Source: Balanoglossus misakiensis
Lineage: Eukaryota; Animalia; Hemichordata
Direction: 5' to 3'
Assembly (NCBI GenBank): GCA_040954595.2
Contig: CM082592.2
Span: 6,365,531 to 6,429,530, forward strand
DNA: 64,000 bases
Under the pieces are notes generated by a model that was given only the letters and a program-made list of their open reading frames with translations, did no database searches and was not told where the DNA came from. Shown piece by piece: positions 10,601 through 22,705 of the stretch; within the stretch, counting starts at the first letter, position 1, and each line of letters starts with the position of its first letter. The position numbers and the translations under genes were made by a program.

Positions 10601-12775
10601 TTTCCGCTTTCGCTTTCTTCTTTTTCTCCCTCCTCTCTTTATCCTTTTTGTCATCTCCAGTCCTGTGTCAGAGTTTAGGCAAAAAGCATGTTACACCTAG
10701 ACTACATTTTCTCTCATTTCATGGGCCTTCACAGAGAATTTTCTTAGAAACTCACTGCCATTTTTGTTGATGTCCACACAACTGAATTGAGAATTCAGGG
10801 CATAGTACCTTATACATCTTTTTCTTTATTCCATGCGAAGGGGTCAAAGCTAGACAACTAGAATAAGATTATGGGTAAAAGTCGACAAGCCACTGATAGT
10901 TAGTTAGAGATTGGAGAGGTGATGCATGGGTTTCAACTCTATTTTGTGACATTTTGTCTTCACATAGTATATCCTTGATTACGTACTTTTTCAAGAAATG
11001 AATGGCTAAACTCGGTCCTGCTGTACCCTCATCATCAGAACTGGAACTTTCTTCTTCAGAGTCAGAATCCCAGTAGGAGTCATCACTGTCACTTTCTGCA
11101 CTCCCCGTCCCCTGCGAAAACACAAATCAATCAAAAGGGTTTGTATTGCGGCCACAACGCAACCACAGAGTTTTGAGGTCAAAAATGCCATCTTTTGCCT
11201 GCAAAAGTTCCAATGTTTAACACCACACTTACTGCAGCATCTTTGAGGAACTGGTTCTTGACATCTGCTACAGGAGCTGCAACAGGAGCTGGTTTCTTCA
11301 AGAAATCAGCAGCCGTAGTGACCTTCTCATCGCCCGAATCTTCTGAGTCTCGGTCACCTATGTAATTTTCAAAATAGAGATTATTAAAATCCATGATACC
11401 TTATAATATTATGATACTTTACACTATACACATGGTTTTATGCTCGCACCCAATCAATTTTTCAGGAGTGAGAAACTGTGGTAGGATAAATCCAATTCAC
11501 CTACCCTCTGCATCACTGCCTGGGCCATCCACTTCAGCGCCTGAAACATCAGGATTCTGCAAGTTGAATGATAGAAATAGTCAGCATTACCGAGAGAAAT
11601 CAACGCCTTTCATCATGTACATGCCTGGTCTTAACGGATATGTTTGATTAGGAATGAGGTATTAAGTGAAATAACATCAAGCTCACCTCTTTGTAGGAAG
11701 ACATTTCTCCTTCAAAGTCCCTGCAGTACTTTCTCAGCTTCTGTCGCAGTGTAGCCAGGGACTTGGCATTGATCTTGCTGAATTTTCTCTTGTCCTCCCA
11801 GCACTACAACATAACACACAAAACAGTGAGCAAATTTAGCTTTGCACATGTCCTTTTGTTAAAAACTGGGAAGTGAGCAAGGCAGTGTAAAAAAAGTGAC
11901 TAAGGTCAGGTGTTCTAACATTTTTTTAAACCCTCTGACCACCATGGTTTGGTCCACCTCCATTGTTCTCAATGGCAATGCTGGACCTCTATACTGGGAA
12001 ATGGGGAGATGTAAGGGTGAAGGGCACACAAATTACTTGAAAGCTTTGAGTCAATCTGCAGAATTGTTACCCTATATCTATACATACAATATCAATTTTT
12101 TTTTGCATCCTTCAGATGTTCAGTGTCAGTGGTATCAGATAGGTTTCAACCTCCAACTCTTTCAAAGTGAGATACAATCTTACCTCAATTACAAACTCTT
12201 CCAGCTCCACAAGACATTTGATGTACCACCTTGGGTTGCCCTCTTTGTCGATAACATTCTTAGCTTTGGTGAACGCCTTGCCAAGATCTTCAAATCCACT
12301 CAACACTTTGGAAATGTCCCTGATTTTCTTGTGGTTCTTGATTTTTTTGATAACCCCTTGGATTTCATCAAATCTATGGAATTGAATTACAAAATACATC
12401 CATATTTAGCAAGAATGAGCTTTGAGGAGTAATTCACCTCTTGCAGGAAGACCACACGAAAGTCCCTCTTAAAATTAAAGAATATTTTTTACATAATTTA
12501 AATTATGGTTGATTGTGTGATTGATCAATTAATGTTAATTGACAAGCACATCTGTAACATCCATAATGAGATGCAGGTCGCCACGACAATGCCCTAAACA
12601 GCTACCTTTTGTCCTTGGCACTTCTCACAACTCTTCTAGTTGAATCATCGTCGTCATCACTAAACATAAACACACGCGCAGCTGGGGCTGCCGGTTTTGT
12701 GGTCTGTATCAACTGTTCTTCTTCACTCTCATCGGATGAGCTCTCGGAGCTCGATGCAGCAAAGAATCGCGACAT
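6191..12775 (-). CDS. EIF3C: Eukaryotic translation initiation factor 3 subunit C, 19 coding exons
   Basis: Starts [20 protein letters not shown]...[12 protein letters not shown]. Contains [100 protein letters not shown] and [20 protein letters not shown] (PCI domain). Exons (minus strand): 12775-12606, 12373-12184, 11803-11687, 11556-11505, 11357-11233, 11111-10987, 10662-10521, 10340-10078, 9920-9824, 9657-9539, 9345-9216, 9090-8868, 8691-8498, 8359-8080, 7592-7349, 7210-7145, 6987-6900, 6761-6506, 6237-6191. Confidence 0.96.
7651..7856. repeat. (TATG)n tetranucleotide microsatellite decaying into (TG)n, in an eIF3c intron
   Basis: About 200 bp of tatgtatgtatg with tgtg interruptions. It produces the spurious MYVC-repeat ORFs. 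Confidence 0.97.
8951..9021 (-). repeat. Coding 24-bp tandem repeat x3 (KQEDG[S/T]G[D/E]) in an eIF3c exon
   Basis: Plus-strand unit tcgccagttccgtcttcctgttta at 8951 and 8975, with a variant at 8999. Confidence 0.9.
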
Positions 12776-13439
12776 CTGTCGGAAGGGAAAAAATAAATAT
12801 CATATGATTAATTCTGGGGTTAAAAAAGACTTTTACTTATGACATTTTGGAAGATCTCCAAGAAGGGCCAGATCAAAGTCCTGTGGCTAGTACATGTACT
12901 GGTATTCTAAATTGGGAGGGGCTGATGCATATGTCAAGTTCATGTACTATCCAAAAAGTACTCAAGTTGTATCTACAAGGAAACAGGGCAATGAAAACTA
13001 AGCTGTCATGATGAAATTTTAGTTTCAGCATACAATTCTTATCAGTCATTATCCTGGTATCCTGTTGGTTAAGAATTCATGTGGGTAACATATGGGATGT
13101 GACTTGACATGCCATACCTTGATACAGTCAACAGGAATCTGGTAGAACACAAAATTATTTACTGTTCATTTTAGGGGTACAGAGTTCGCAATTGTCGGGG
13201 AAAACATAACATTTATGTTGCGACGAACTGAAAAAGGGTCATATATTCAGTTGATCACGCAAAGTGTTGCCTGTCAATCGAACCAGGGGTTTCAATGGGT
13301 TTGGTGGCGGCCATGTTGAAGCAGTTTCACCACACGTGGTGTAGATGCGACAAAAATTTCCTGCCCTCGTTTTGCACAAAAATGCCGCAATTTTGAGTAA
13401 CGGTCAATAAAACAACACTTGTGAAATAATAAATATATC

Positions 13440-13878
13440 ACCTACTTTCGTATCTTGGCGTTAACTTTTACAAAATGTCGCAATCTTCAGCAGGTCACAG
13501 ACCTTCCGCGGTAACTTCGCAACTTGCGTACTACGTCACAGTCTTTTTCGGACGTAGATTACGCCAATACAAGAAGAAATTTAGACAATATGATTTCAAA
13601 TCAAAGTGGTGGACAAATGTACACAACAATATATTAAAGATTCAAAGTAATGGATTTTCTTTTTTAAATTCAACTGATATCGATTCATATGTGAAAATTT
13701 ATGACGACGATTTACCAATGCGAACGAGGACAACATTTCCTCGTACACTTTTCGAGTTTTGACGAGAGTCCCCGAGATGTACAAAAATAGATGACGTATA
13801 CCACAGGTACACATGCGGTGCACGTGTGTTAGCCATTTAACTTCATTCTAACACGAAATCGAGCAATAATCAGCGAAA
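13440..13878. promoter_or_regulatory. Probable bidirectional promoter for eIF3c (non-coding first exon near 13445-13500) and FTSJ3
   Basis: The eIF3c ATG is immediately preceded by a splice acceptor (ttcccttccgacag|ATG), so an upstream UTR exon is required. A minus-strand donor-like ag|gtgata or aaa|gtaggt lies near 13440-13445. The FTSJ3 ATG is at 13879 on the opposite strand and the region is locally CpG-richer. Confidence 0.6.
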
Positions 13879-14193
13879 ATGGGAAAGAAAATTAAGACCG
13901 GAAAGAAGAGGAAGGATAAGTTTTACAAATTGGCCAAAGAAACGGGTAAGGGGATTACGCCAGGGACAGATCACCCTTCACTTGGGTATCATTGTATGTT
14001 TACATGGGCATCCATATGATCGACACGCGAAGCCCATTGCTGAATGAATGTGTACTACTACGGTACCAAGGGAACGGAAGGGATTCATGTTTCAGGGTAG
14101 TAATAGTGTGCTTTCTGGCAGAGGTCTTGATCCGTGGTCTTGATCCAGACAGGCAGTGGTTGTTGTCGATGATTGATTGATTGATTTATTGAT

Positions 14194-14255
<62 letters not shown>

Positions 14256-14259
14256 GTGG

Positions 14260-14308
<49 letters not shown>

Positions 14309-14329
14309 TGATGATGATGATGGTGATGT

Positions 14330-14385
<56 letters not shown>

Positions 14386-14395
14386 GTGGTGATGG

Positions 14396-14435
<40 letters not shown>

Positions 14436-14456
14436 TGATGATGATGATGGTGATGT

Positions 14457-14518
<62 letters not shown>

Positions 14519-17500
14519 GTGCCACTGGTGGTGGCACAGTCGCAGCTGTGGGTGGTGTTCACTTTAACATGTTCTTTCACACACACAGGTTACAGAGCAC
14601 GTTCAGCATTCAAACTTTTGCAGCTCAATAGGAAGTATCAATTTTTACAGAAGTCAAGAGTCCTTATTGATTTGTGTGCTGCCCCAGGAGGATGGTAAGT
14701 TTTCTAAAAAAGTGTGTGTCACAATATCTTAAGTACCCTTCATACATTTACCAATATCGCTGATTACCCAGAAAAGTCTCCAAGTGTTTTGCAATATGCC
14801 AATACAGTCTGCTGAATGAAACTTTTCATTGTTAGCGTAAACTTTTCATTGTAGATGAAAAAAGCTTTTCATATTGGGAAATCTGAGTGGTAACTGAAGG
14901 GGGAGAAAAGATGACATTATCAAATTGTCTTTTTACAGGCTACAGGTTGCAGCAAATCATATGCCAATGTCAAGTGTCATAGTTGGTGTGGATTTGGTTC
15001 CCATCAGACCGATCCCCAATGTCAGTACAATCGAAGCTGACATCACAACAGAGAAATGTCGACAGGTAAGAAATTAACCAAATCTGACTTCTTGCTGTGT
15101 CTTGCAGCTCTATCAATCCAAAATGGTCAACTGGTATTGACGATATAAGTCTTTGCAACATCCTCTGCAAAGAAACAGAGCTGGGCAGTGACTTTTGAAA
15201 CAGGTTTGTTTGTAAAGATAACAGATTGTGATCATATTTTCTTGTTTTCCACAAGCTTTTGCTAAAAGAACTACAGAAGTGGAAAGCTGATGTGGTATTG
15301 AATGATGGTGCACCTAACGTTGGTAAAAACTGGCTGCACGATGCTTTCTCCCAAGGTAAGGGTGTTAAACCGTCCAAATCAAATTTATTTCAAAGCTTGT
15401 TAACTCATTAAATTGATTGGCTTGCCATGTGACAGCTTTGTGTTAAACATTTCTGCAACTTTTCAGTCAGTTTCAGAGTTAACACCATGTTGGAGACATG
15501 CCTTCTTGACACTTTAAGAATTTCCACCAAAATGTTTAATTCTTGCAGCTACGCTAACCTTGAAGGCCCTGAAGCTGGCCAGTGAATTCCTCAACAAAGG
15601 CGGATGGTTTGTGACCAAAGTTTTTCGTTCCAAGGACTACCAGCCACTCATGTGGGTCTTCAAGCAGCTCTTCAAGAAAGTGCACGCAACCAAGCCGCAG
15701 GCTTCCAGGTCGGAATCGGCCGAAATCTTCGTGGTGTGCCAGGGATACGTCGCGCCTGACAGAATTGGTAAGGGAAGAGGCTTTTTGTGCGAAAACTACC
15801 AGCTGTGCAGTGTGGAACAACTAACCCTGATGTTGGTCGTCGTTAGTTTATAATCTGAGCATTAAACAGTATGAAATAGAACCACTGACAGTACATGAAA
15901 ATTTCTGCTTATATCAACATTGGTTGAAGTATGTTCAGATAAACTGATTTCTAAAATCTGTTCTTGTAGCAGATTTTTAGAGTTGTGTGTGTTTGAAAAT
16001 AAACTTTGAGTAAAAGTTGCATATCTCTCAATTTTACATTACAGACGCCAGATTCTTTGACATGACACATATTTTCAAAGAAGTGACGGCCGACCCAAAA
16101 CCAGTGACAGTTCTAAACCCAGAAAAGCAAAAGAAGAAGACAGCAGAGGGCTATGCAGATGGAGACTACACGTTGTACCACACCAAAACCGTGACAGAAT
16201 TTTTACAGAGTGAAAGTCCGTTAGACATTTTGAGTACCTGTAATGAGGTAAATCTGTCTTTTTTATGTCACAGCATACCCAGATGACTGAAGGACAAGAC
16301 TAGGATAGCATGTTTCTTGAGTATGACAAAATGTGGTTTTAGGATCATGACAATACACGATAAATATCCAGACTTCAGCTGTCAAGAGTTTACTAACCTA
16401 TATACATTTGCTCTTTCTTTTTTCCAGCTAAAACTCGATAGCAAGGCCATTGCCAATCACCGACTGACAACGCCAGAAATCAAACACTGTTTCAGTGACA
16501 TCAAAGTCCTCGGCAAAAAGGACATCAGGATTCTGATGAAGTGGAGAGAGAAAATACTAAAGATTTTACAAGAAGCTAAACCTGTAGAAGACAAAAAGAA
16601 GTAGGTTTCTAATCAATTTTCTTTGTTTCAGAGCTTCACTGGAAAGTTCTGGACTAGGTTGGCCACTTGTGCTACCATAAAATGCTGCATAATTATTCTT
16701 CGAAAATGGCATTATGACCCCAAAACTCTTTGAAAACCACTGGAAGATTTTACTGAATTTTGAATGACTGTTAGTGTTGTTGACAGTGTCTGTGGTAATT
16801 TACATGTGCCAATTTATGTGAAAACTGCTCTTTTTTACTCTTAGGGAGACAGATGAACCAGGGAGCGAAGACGAAGATGAAAAAATCCAGAAGGAATTGA
16901 CGAAGTTGAAAGAAGAAGAAAAAGCAGGAGTGAAAAGGTCTAGTCTGATTCCATTCTTGTTTTTTTCTTGCCAAAAATAGTTAAAATGCCAACCACTTTC
17001 AAATGTATCATAAGAAAAACACGTCGTGATTCAGATGTGGCTTCAACTCAAATTCATCAAGTGCTGATCGTTGCATTTTTGCAGGAAAAAGAAACAGTTG
17101 CTAAAGAAGAAGAAGAAATTGCGAGAGAGACTTGCTCTGAAGATGGACCTTCCTGATGACACTCCAGACTTTGGCACGGATGAATCGGTTTTCTCTCTGT
17201 CGAACATCAAAAGTAGACAGGTAATTTTATCTCAATCCGAGTGCAGTATGAGCCAAATGGAATTTTGAGTGATGTGGTGTGTACATCCCTGATTTCATGT
17301 ACATGTACAACTTTGACAGTTGTTATGGTTTTTTCCAGCAACTTGCTGAAGTTGACAAAGGTGACATCAATTTCATGGATAAAGATGATGGTGATGATAC
17401 TGATGACGATGATGATGATGAAGAACAAGAACTGGAGTTTGAATCTGATGATGATGGTCATGGAGGTAGACCTCTTAATGAATTTGACACTGTTGGCAAG

Positions 17501-19890
17501 AATGAGGAAGAGGATGAAGAGAGCGATGAGTATGTCTGTTTTCTTTTGATGTTTTAATGGTTGTGATGATCGACTGAAATAAAATGGAAAGTTCACATCT
17601 AGCCAATCACAGTTTTTGCTGGGTGGCCATGTGAAAACAGAATTTCACTAACACATTCATTAGAAAAACCTAGACACCCCCTTTAACCATATATGGGCAT
17701 ATGTTAATCAGATGGTTGTATTCCTTTAAATGGTCAGTGGTTCAGAGCTCAACATTTTGTCTTGTAACTAGGGATGATGCAGAAGACAACAAAAGTGATG
17801 AAGAGGAGGAGGAAGAAGAAGAAGATGATAATGACAAGGAAGAGAATATTTCCGAAGCAGAGAAAAATCCACTGATGGTTGACTTGGAAGACAAAGGTAG
17901 CAAGTCTGCCAGACAAACCAAGATGTGGTTTAACAAGGTGACCAGATTGTTAAATGCACTCTGTGCTTTTACGCTTGCTGCAAACAAATACATGAAGCAT
18001 CATTTCTGAAATGTGGACAAAAATGATCATTTTGTTGTGTTCATGGAATATGATGTGCTAGCAAGTTTTGCGACTCAAAGACATGTCACATCACAACAAG
18101 AAGTTCATGTAACTTGTATAACTAGACTGAATTGTGTGGAAATTTGTGAAGGTCCAACCTTTTTAAAAAGAGAAAGATGCACATAGATTTAAGAAATTAA
18201 CTTGCACTAAAATCTATTTTTGTTTACTTTGATTATACAGGAATCGTTTTCTGGTATTGAAGTGGATAAGGATGAAGACTTGGAGATTGAAGCAATGACC
18301 AAGGTTTACAAAGACCAGGGAGGCAAAATTTTGGGTAGGTGAATTTCAGTTGGTTTTGTGGAAGTTGATCTTGTTATTGCACAAATCGACGGCAGTAACT
18401 TTCTGATCAGAAAGTCATTTCACATATAGTCAGAAAAAAATTGGGATGATTGTTAATTTTTGTAATATATCGTTTCTGACTTTTTTGCCTCCAGAAAATT
18501 CAAAGAAACAGAAGAAATCTGAAGACAAGCAGGTGTCGTTTAATGAATCTGTGACTGCAGTCGATGGGTCGGGCAAGAAAAGTAAAGGAACGCTGAACGA
18601 AAGTGACTCTGATGATGAAATGGACAACGTAGACAACGAGAGTGACAGCGACGACAGTGATAGTGACTATGACGATGAGGTCATGATGAATGGGGTTTCA
18701 GGACCTGGGCCGCAGGGGCAGCAGAATGGAAAGAGGAAGATGGTCGACGACGGTGATGGTGGTGCATTTGAGATCGTGCCAATTCAGGAACCGGGTGAGT
18801 TTTGCAAGCAAGGGTGCCCACTTATCCATTTTTGGTTCAAATGAACTTGTACCAAAATTCTGGACTCAGTGCACACATACTGAAAATACTGAAATTGTCT
18901 TTCTTACCCCGCAGCAAAGAAAATCAAGAAACTGAGCCCAGAGGCTCTTGCCTTGGGGACCTTGATGATCACATCCAAGAAAAACAAAAGAAACATCATT
19001 GAGCAAGGTTTCAACAGGTATGGCGATGACACAGATATCAACAAACTTTATCTTGAGACTGTTTCTGCAATGATATGTTCATGCAATGATATTTGTGTTA
19101 AATCCTGACTCTGATTCTTTGAAGACCTTCTACACTGCTTAGTGTCAACACCAAACTTTATTTTTCCGTTTCTTCAGGTGTACATTCAATGATCCAAATT
19201 TGCCAGATTGGTTTGTTGACGAGGAGACCAAGCATACCAGACGACAACTTCCTGTTACCAAGGTAATTTCAGATGCGTTTCACAAGCTAGAAATGGCGCC
19301 CTCAGTGGGCATACGCATCCCAGTAATTGTGCTCGTTATCATCAGGTTAGTAGCTGCTATAGTGATGATGATTTGACCGAACATGTTTTTCTGCCCACCC
19401 TCTCTAGGACATGGTGGCGGAATACAGGGAACGGCTGAGAGAGATCAACGCCAGACCGATCAAGAAGGTGGCCGAAGCAAAAGCCAGGAAGAAGAGGAAG
19501 TCCATGAAGAAACTGGAAAGGGCCCGGAAGAAGGCCGAGGAGATCACCGACGCCGTCGACATGGGCGACAGGGAAAAGGCACAACAAATAAAGAGGTGGG
19601 GGTTCTATGCTTCACACGTTTTTAACTCCTTTTAAAAATAGGCTTTAAATTATAAAATAAAAATGACCCGGACTTGATTTTTTCCTTCCAGCTTGTACAA
19701 GAAAGCGGGTTTGCTGAACAAGAAAAGGATTGAGAAACAGTACGTGGTGGCCAAGAAGAGCGTATCGAGCAAAAGGATGAAGCGACCTACAGGAGTCAAG
19801 GGACCGTTCAAAGTGGTTGACCCGAGGATGAAAAAAGACGTCAGAGCAAAAATTAAGAAAGCATCAACGAAAAAGAGACGGAGGAAGTAG
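13879..19890 (+). CDS. FTSJ3: Pre-rRNA 2'-O-ribose methyltransferase FTSJ3/Spb1, 17 coding exons
   Basis: [42 protein letters not shown] motif [32 protein letters not shown] and [13 protein letters not shown] (K-D-K-E tetrad intact). Spb1 C-terminus [17 protein letters not shown]...[13 protein letters not shown]. Exons: 13879-13945, 14589-14694, 14939-15065, 15256-15355, 15549-15767, 16045-16247, 16428-16600, 16845-16937, 17085-17220, 17339-17529, 17772-17937, 18241-18334, 18495-18794, 18915-19017, 19178-19262, 19408-19595, 19692-19890. Confidence 0.96.
14168..14520. repeat. (GATT)n followed by a long (GAT)n trinucleotide microsatellite in FTSJ3 intron 1
   Basis: About 330 bp of gatgatgat with ggt, gtt and extra-g interruptions. 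It produces the poly-M/D/H/I/S ORFs. Confidence 0.97.
17590..17725. mobile_element. Kolobok-like MITE family copy 2 (reverse orientation, partial, diverged) in an FTSJ3 intron
   Basis: The reverse complement reads TTAA|AGGAATACAACCATCT...acatatgcccatatatggtt...ggccaccca.caaaaactgtgattggctagat, matching the copies at 21918 and 23734. Confidence 0.6.
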
Positions 19891-20499
19891 ACGTGAACAA
19901 TAGAGAGACTGGCTTTGATAGATTTTTATTTATCAACTGGGATTTTTCATTCGTCAATGAACCCCACCAATTTTAATATCTTGATCAAATAAAGACAGAC
20001 TGGAGAAATGAAACTGAATGTGATGAAATCATGTTGGGGCAGATTAAGCAAATGTTTGCTTTTCTGTTTTCTGGCAATCGCACAGAGATGATGATAATGA
20101 CCTTTATCGTGTTCAAGTGAGCAGTCTTGACCGAGACACACCAATAATCTGCAAAAATTGATTGTGATGTACAATCGTCAAGGTTACGTGTACATCAAAC
20201 TTTGATACTGGAATTTATGTAAAATATCTTCAATCCTAAAGACTGTCAAAATAAATTTTTTCGTTGAAATACATGTACTGAGTTGTTTGTGATGTTGCTA
20301 GCCGTGGAGAGTGAATGGCTGTATGGTTATGGGCAGTCTGATTAAAATCGGATGTAGAGTTGATTCAATCGTTACATTTGCGCGTTCTTTGCTGTACTCG
20401 CATGACTTTTTCAGCAATTCATATGAACAACCCTGTTGCATTATTGCACAAATCTAAATCACATTTCGGAAGTTACAACACGCACAGACACAAACACAC

Positions 20500-20521
20500 A
20501 ATAAAGTTTTAAAATTTTATT
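20500..20521. terminator. Back-to-back polyadenylation signals (AATAAA on + at 20500-20505 and on - at 20516-20521) between convergent FTSJ3 and HVCN1
   Basis: Near-palindrome aataaagttttaaaattttatt. Further AATAAA hexamers lie near 20249 (+) and 20569-20574 (-). Confidence 0.45.
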
Positions 20522-21917
20522 TTGTAAGTTTAAATGTGTCGACATTTTTTTCCTCAATTCAGAACATCTTTATTAAAATGAAAACTTCAACATGATTTTC
20601 TTTTTTTTTCTTAAAAAAAGTTGATCGATTGAAATAAAAATTCAGACATAACATACCATACATAAAAACTGAACAGATGCACATCCCAGTCACATGATAT
20701 GCATGTTATTTCTTTCTCTCCTAAAAATTCTAAATCAAAATTCAAATTCATTCAAAAATTCATTTTCTGTACAACAAATAATTACCTTAATCTGTAGATT
20801 AAATTTGCAGTATCTGTGCGGTTTGTTTTTAAACAGTCACTGAATGTTGATATTAGTGTCAAAATTTCAGAAACAGACAATTGTGAAGAAAAGCACATTC
20901 TGCATTCTACACAACTGCTGTCAGATTTTCTTCTAAAAAACAAAATGCACATTTTTTTTTCACGTTACATATTTTACAATTCAATGGGACACATTGGAAT
21001 ACAATATACACAACTCACAGGATACACAAGAATTGCCCATGGTGCTTTCTTGCTCAGAAAATCGTCAAAATATTCCTTGGAAAATGGTGGGATACACAAC
21101 AGATGCGAGACATCAACCTGAATGATATGTCCGTGATTTTCCTTACAAACAATTCCGGCATATTTTCCCAGTTTACGTGACAACTCCGTGTTAATAATAA
21201 TGGAACCAAAATGCAAAAGACGGAAAATTGTCCACATCATTGTACGTTAGGACTGGGTTAACTGGAGCACACGCAAATACATAAATATCACATGCACGAA
21301 GAAGTCTCGAGTAAAGAAAATTCAAAACTGGTGGTGTGCTGTGCAAACTGGTTCTAAGATGCACAGAGGACCGAGGTATTTTGAAAATGTAATCGTTATT
21401 AAACCTTGATTCAAGATAAACATCAGGCACATCATCTTTCTTTTACCAAATCATGCAGCCAAGATTGCAATATAATGTTGAGATTACCAATTAAATTTTC
21501 CATGGTTAAACAACTGATTTCTGTGTATCGCATATGTTCCGAATAGATGTATTACAATATTGAGATACACACCAAATCCTTACCCTATGTGATGCAATGG
21601 CCAAAGTTAGAAAGCGCCCCCTATGGGCACAAGCACAGTGTTATGTAGCGAACATGTTGCATCATGGGACATTTGACTCTCTGTAGTCAGAGATTATTTC
21701 AACCGACTGCTAGATGATTTCTCAGTTGATTGTGACAAAAAGACCAATTTTTGTCTCTGTATAAAATGAGAAAGGGCAAATGAGAACTGGACAGTGCGTC
21801 TCATTTTCCTGTAGAATTTTAAATGATTGCCCTGTTTCTATAAGTATAATTGTGTAATGTGTACCGAGAAAACGTGTGACAAATCCTTCAAGTAATAGCT
21901 TTAAATCGTAGATTTAA

Positions 21918-22093
21918 AGGGATACGATCACCTCTAATGTACATATGCCCATATATGGTTTTCAGGGCATGTCAAAATCTCCCAATGACCATGTGATGGC
22001 ACTTTTTTTGGCCACCCGAGTAAAAATCTACAATTGGTCAGATCACCAATTCCCATGGTAACTATGACTAATTTGCATAGGTGACCATTAACC
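21918..22093. mobile_element. Kolobok-like MITE family copy 3 (diverged), downstream of the HVCN1 stop codon
   Basis: TTAA|AGGGATACGATCACCT...acatatgcccatatatggtt...gccaccc...attggtcagatc...ccatggtaactatgactaatttgcataggtgacc; the right end is decayed. Confidence 0.7.
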
Positions 22094-22705
22094 ATCATGA
22101 ATTTCATAAAATTCTTGATTAAGCCTGAACCACAGCCGCTGTATTGCAGCTTGAGATAGTGCGAAATCAGCCTCGTGTAGTATTTGACGCTAACAGGTGC
22201 CACGTGACGCTGGCACGTTTTTAGGCCAAACACAATGTACATATATATCACACCCTCTGGTGAAATAAGCACTCATTAATACCACATTTTTCCCCAACTG
22301 AGTAAAAAGTCTACCATAAAAAATACGGTGACATAAACGCTTCACATCTGAAACAGACGTATGATGTTTTTCAGTCAGTGTAACCTTAATTATTATATCT
22401 GTTTCATGAAGCAACTCCCTCCGCTGAAGCTTCGAGTTAAGATGATTGCAACGGCCACGAAAGAATTTTGGTGGTTTCATGATGACACGGCATTCATGCA
22501 TGATATAAAATAAATACAACAGTCACTACTTTCGGTCACACTTTCCAGACAGGATCCGTGATACATCTTGTAACGGCGACAGTATAAAACGAGTCGATCC
22601 GAGTAGTCGAAAAAGTCCGGTGAAATGATTGGAGAACAGAACGCCATATCACGGCGTTTATAAGAAACCGCTCCAGGCTCTTGGTCTTGCGATATTGTCA
22701 TTTTC

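Noticed and set aside
14085-14698. Poly-His/Ser/Ile/Met/Asp ORFs on both strands
   Set aside because: Translations of the intronic (GAT)n microsatellite; only 14589-14694 is a real FTSJ3 exon.
18398-18415. Perfect 18-bp palindrome actttctgatcagaaagt in an FTSJ3 intron
   Set aside because: Isolated, with no loop, target duplication or second copy; no function can be supported.
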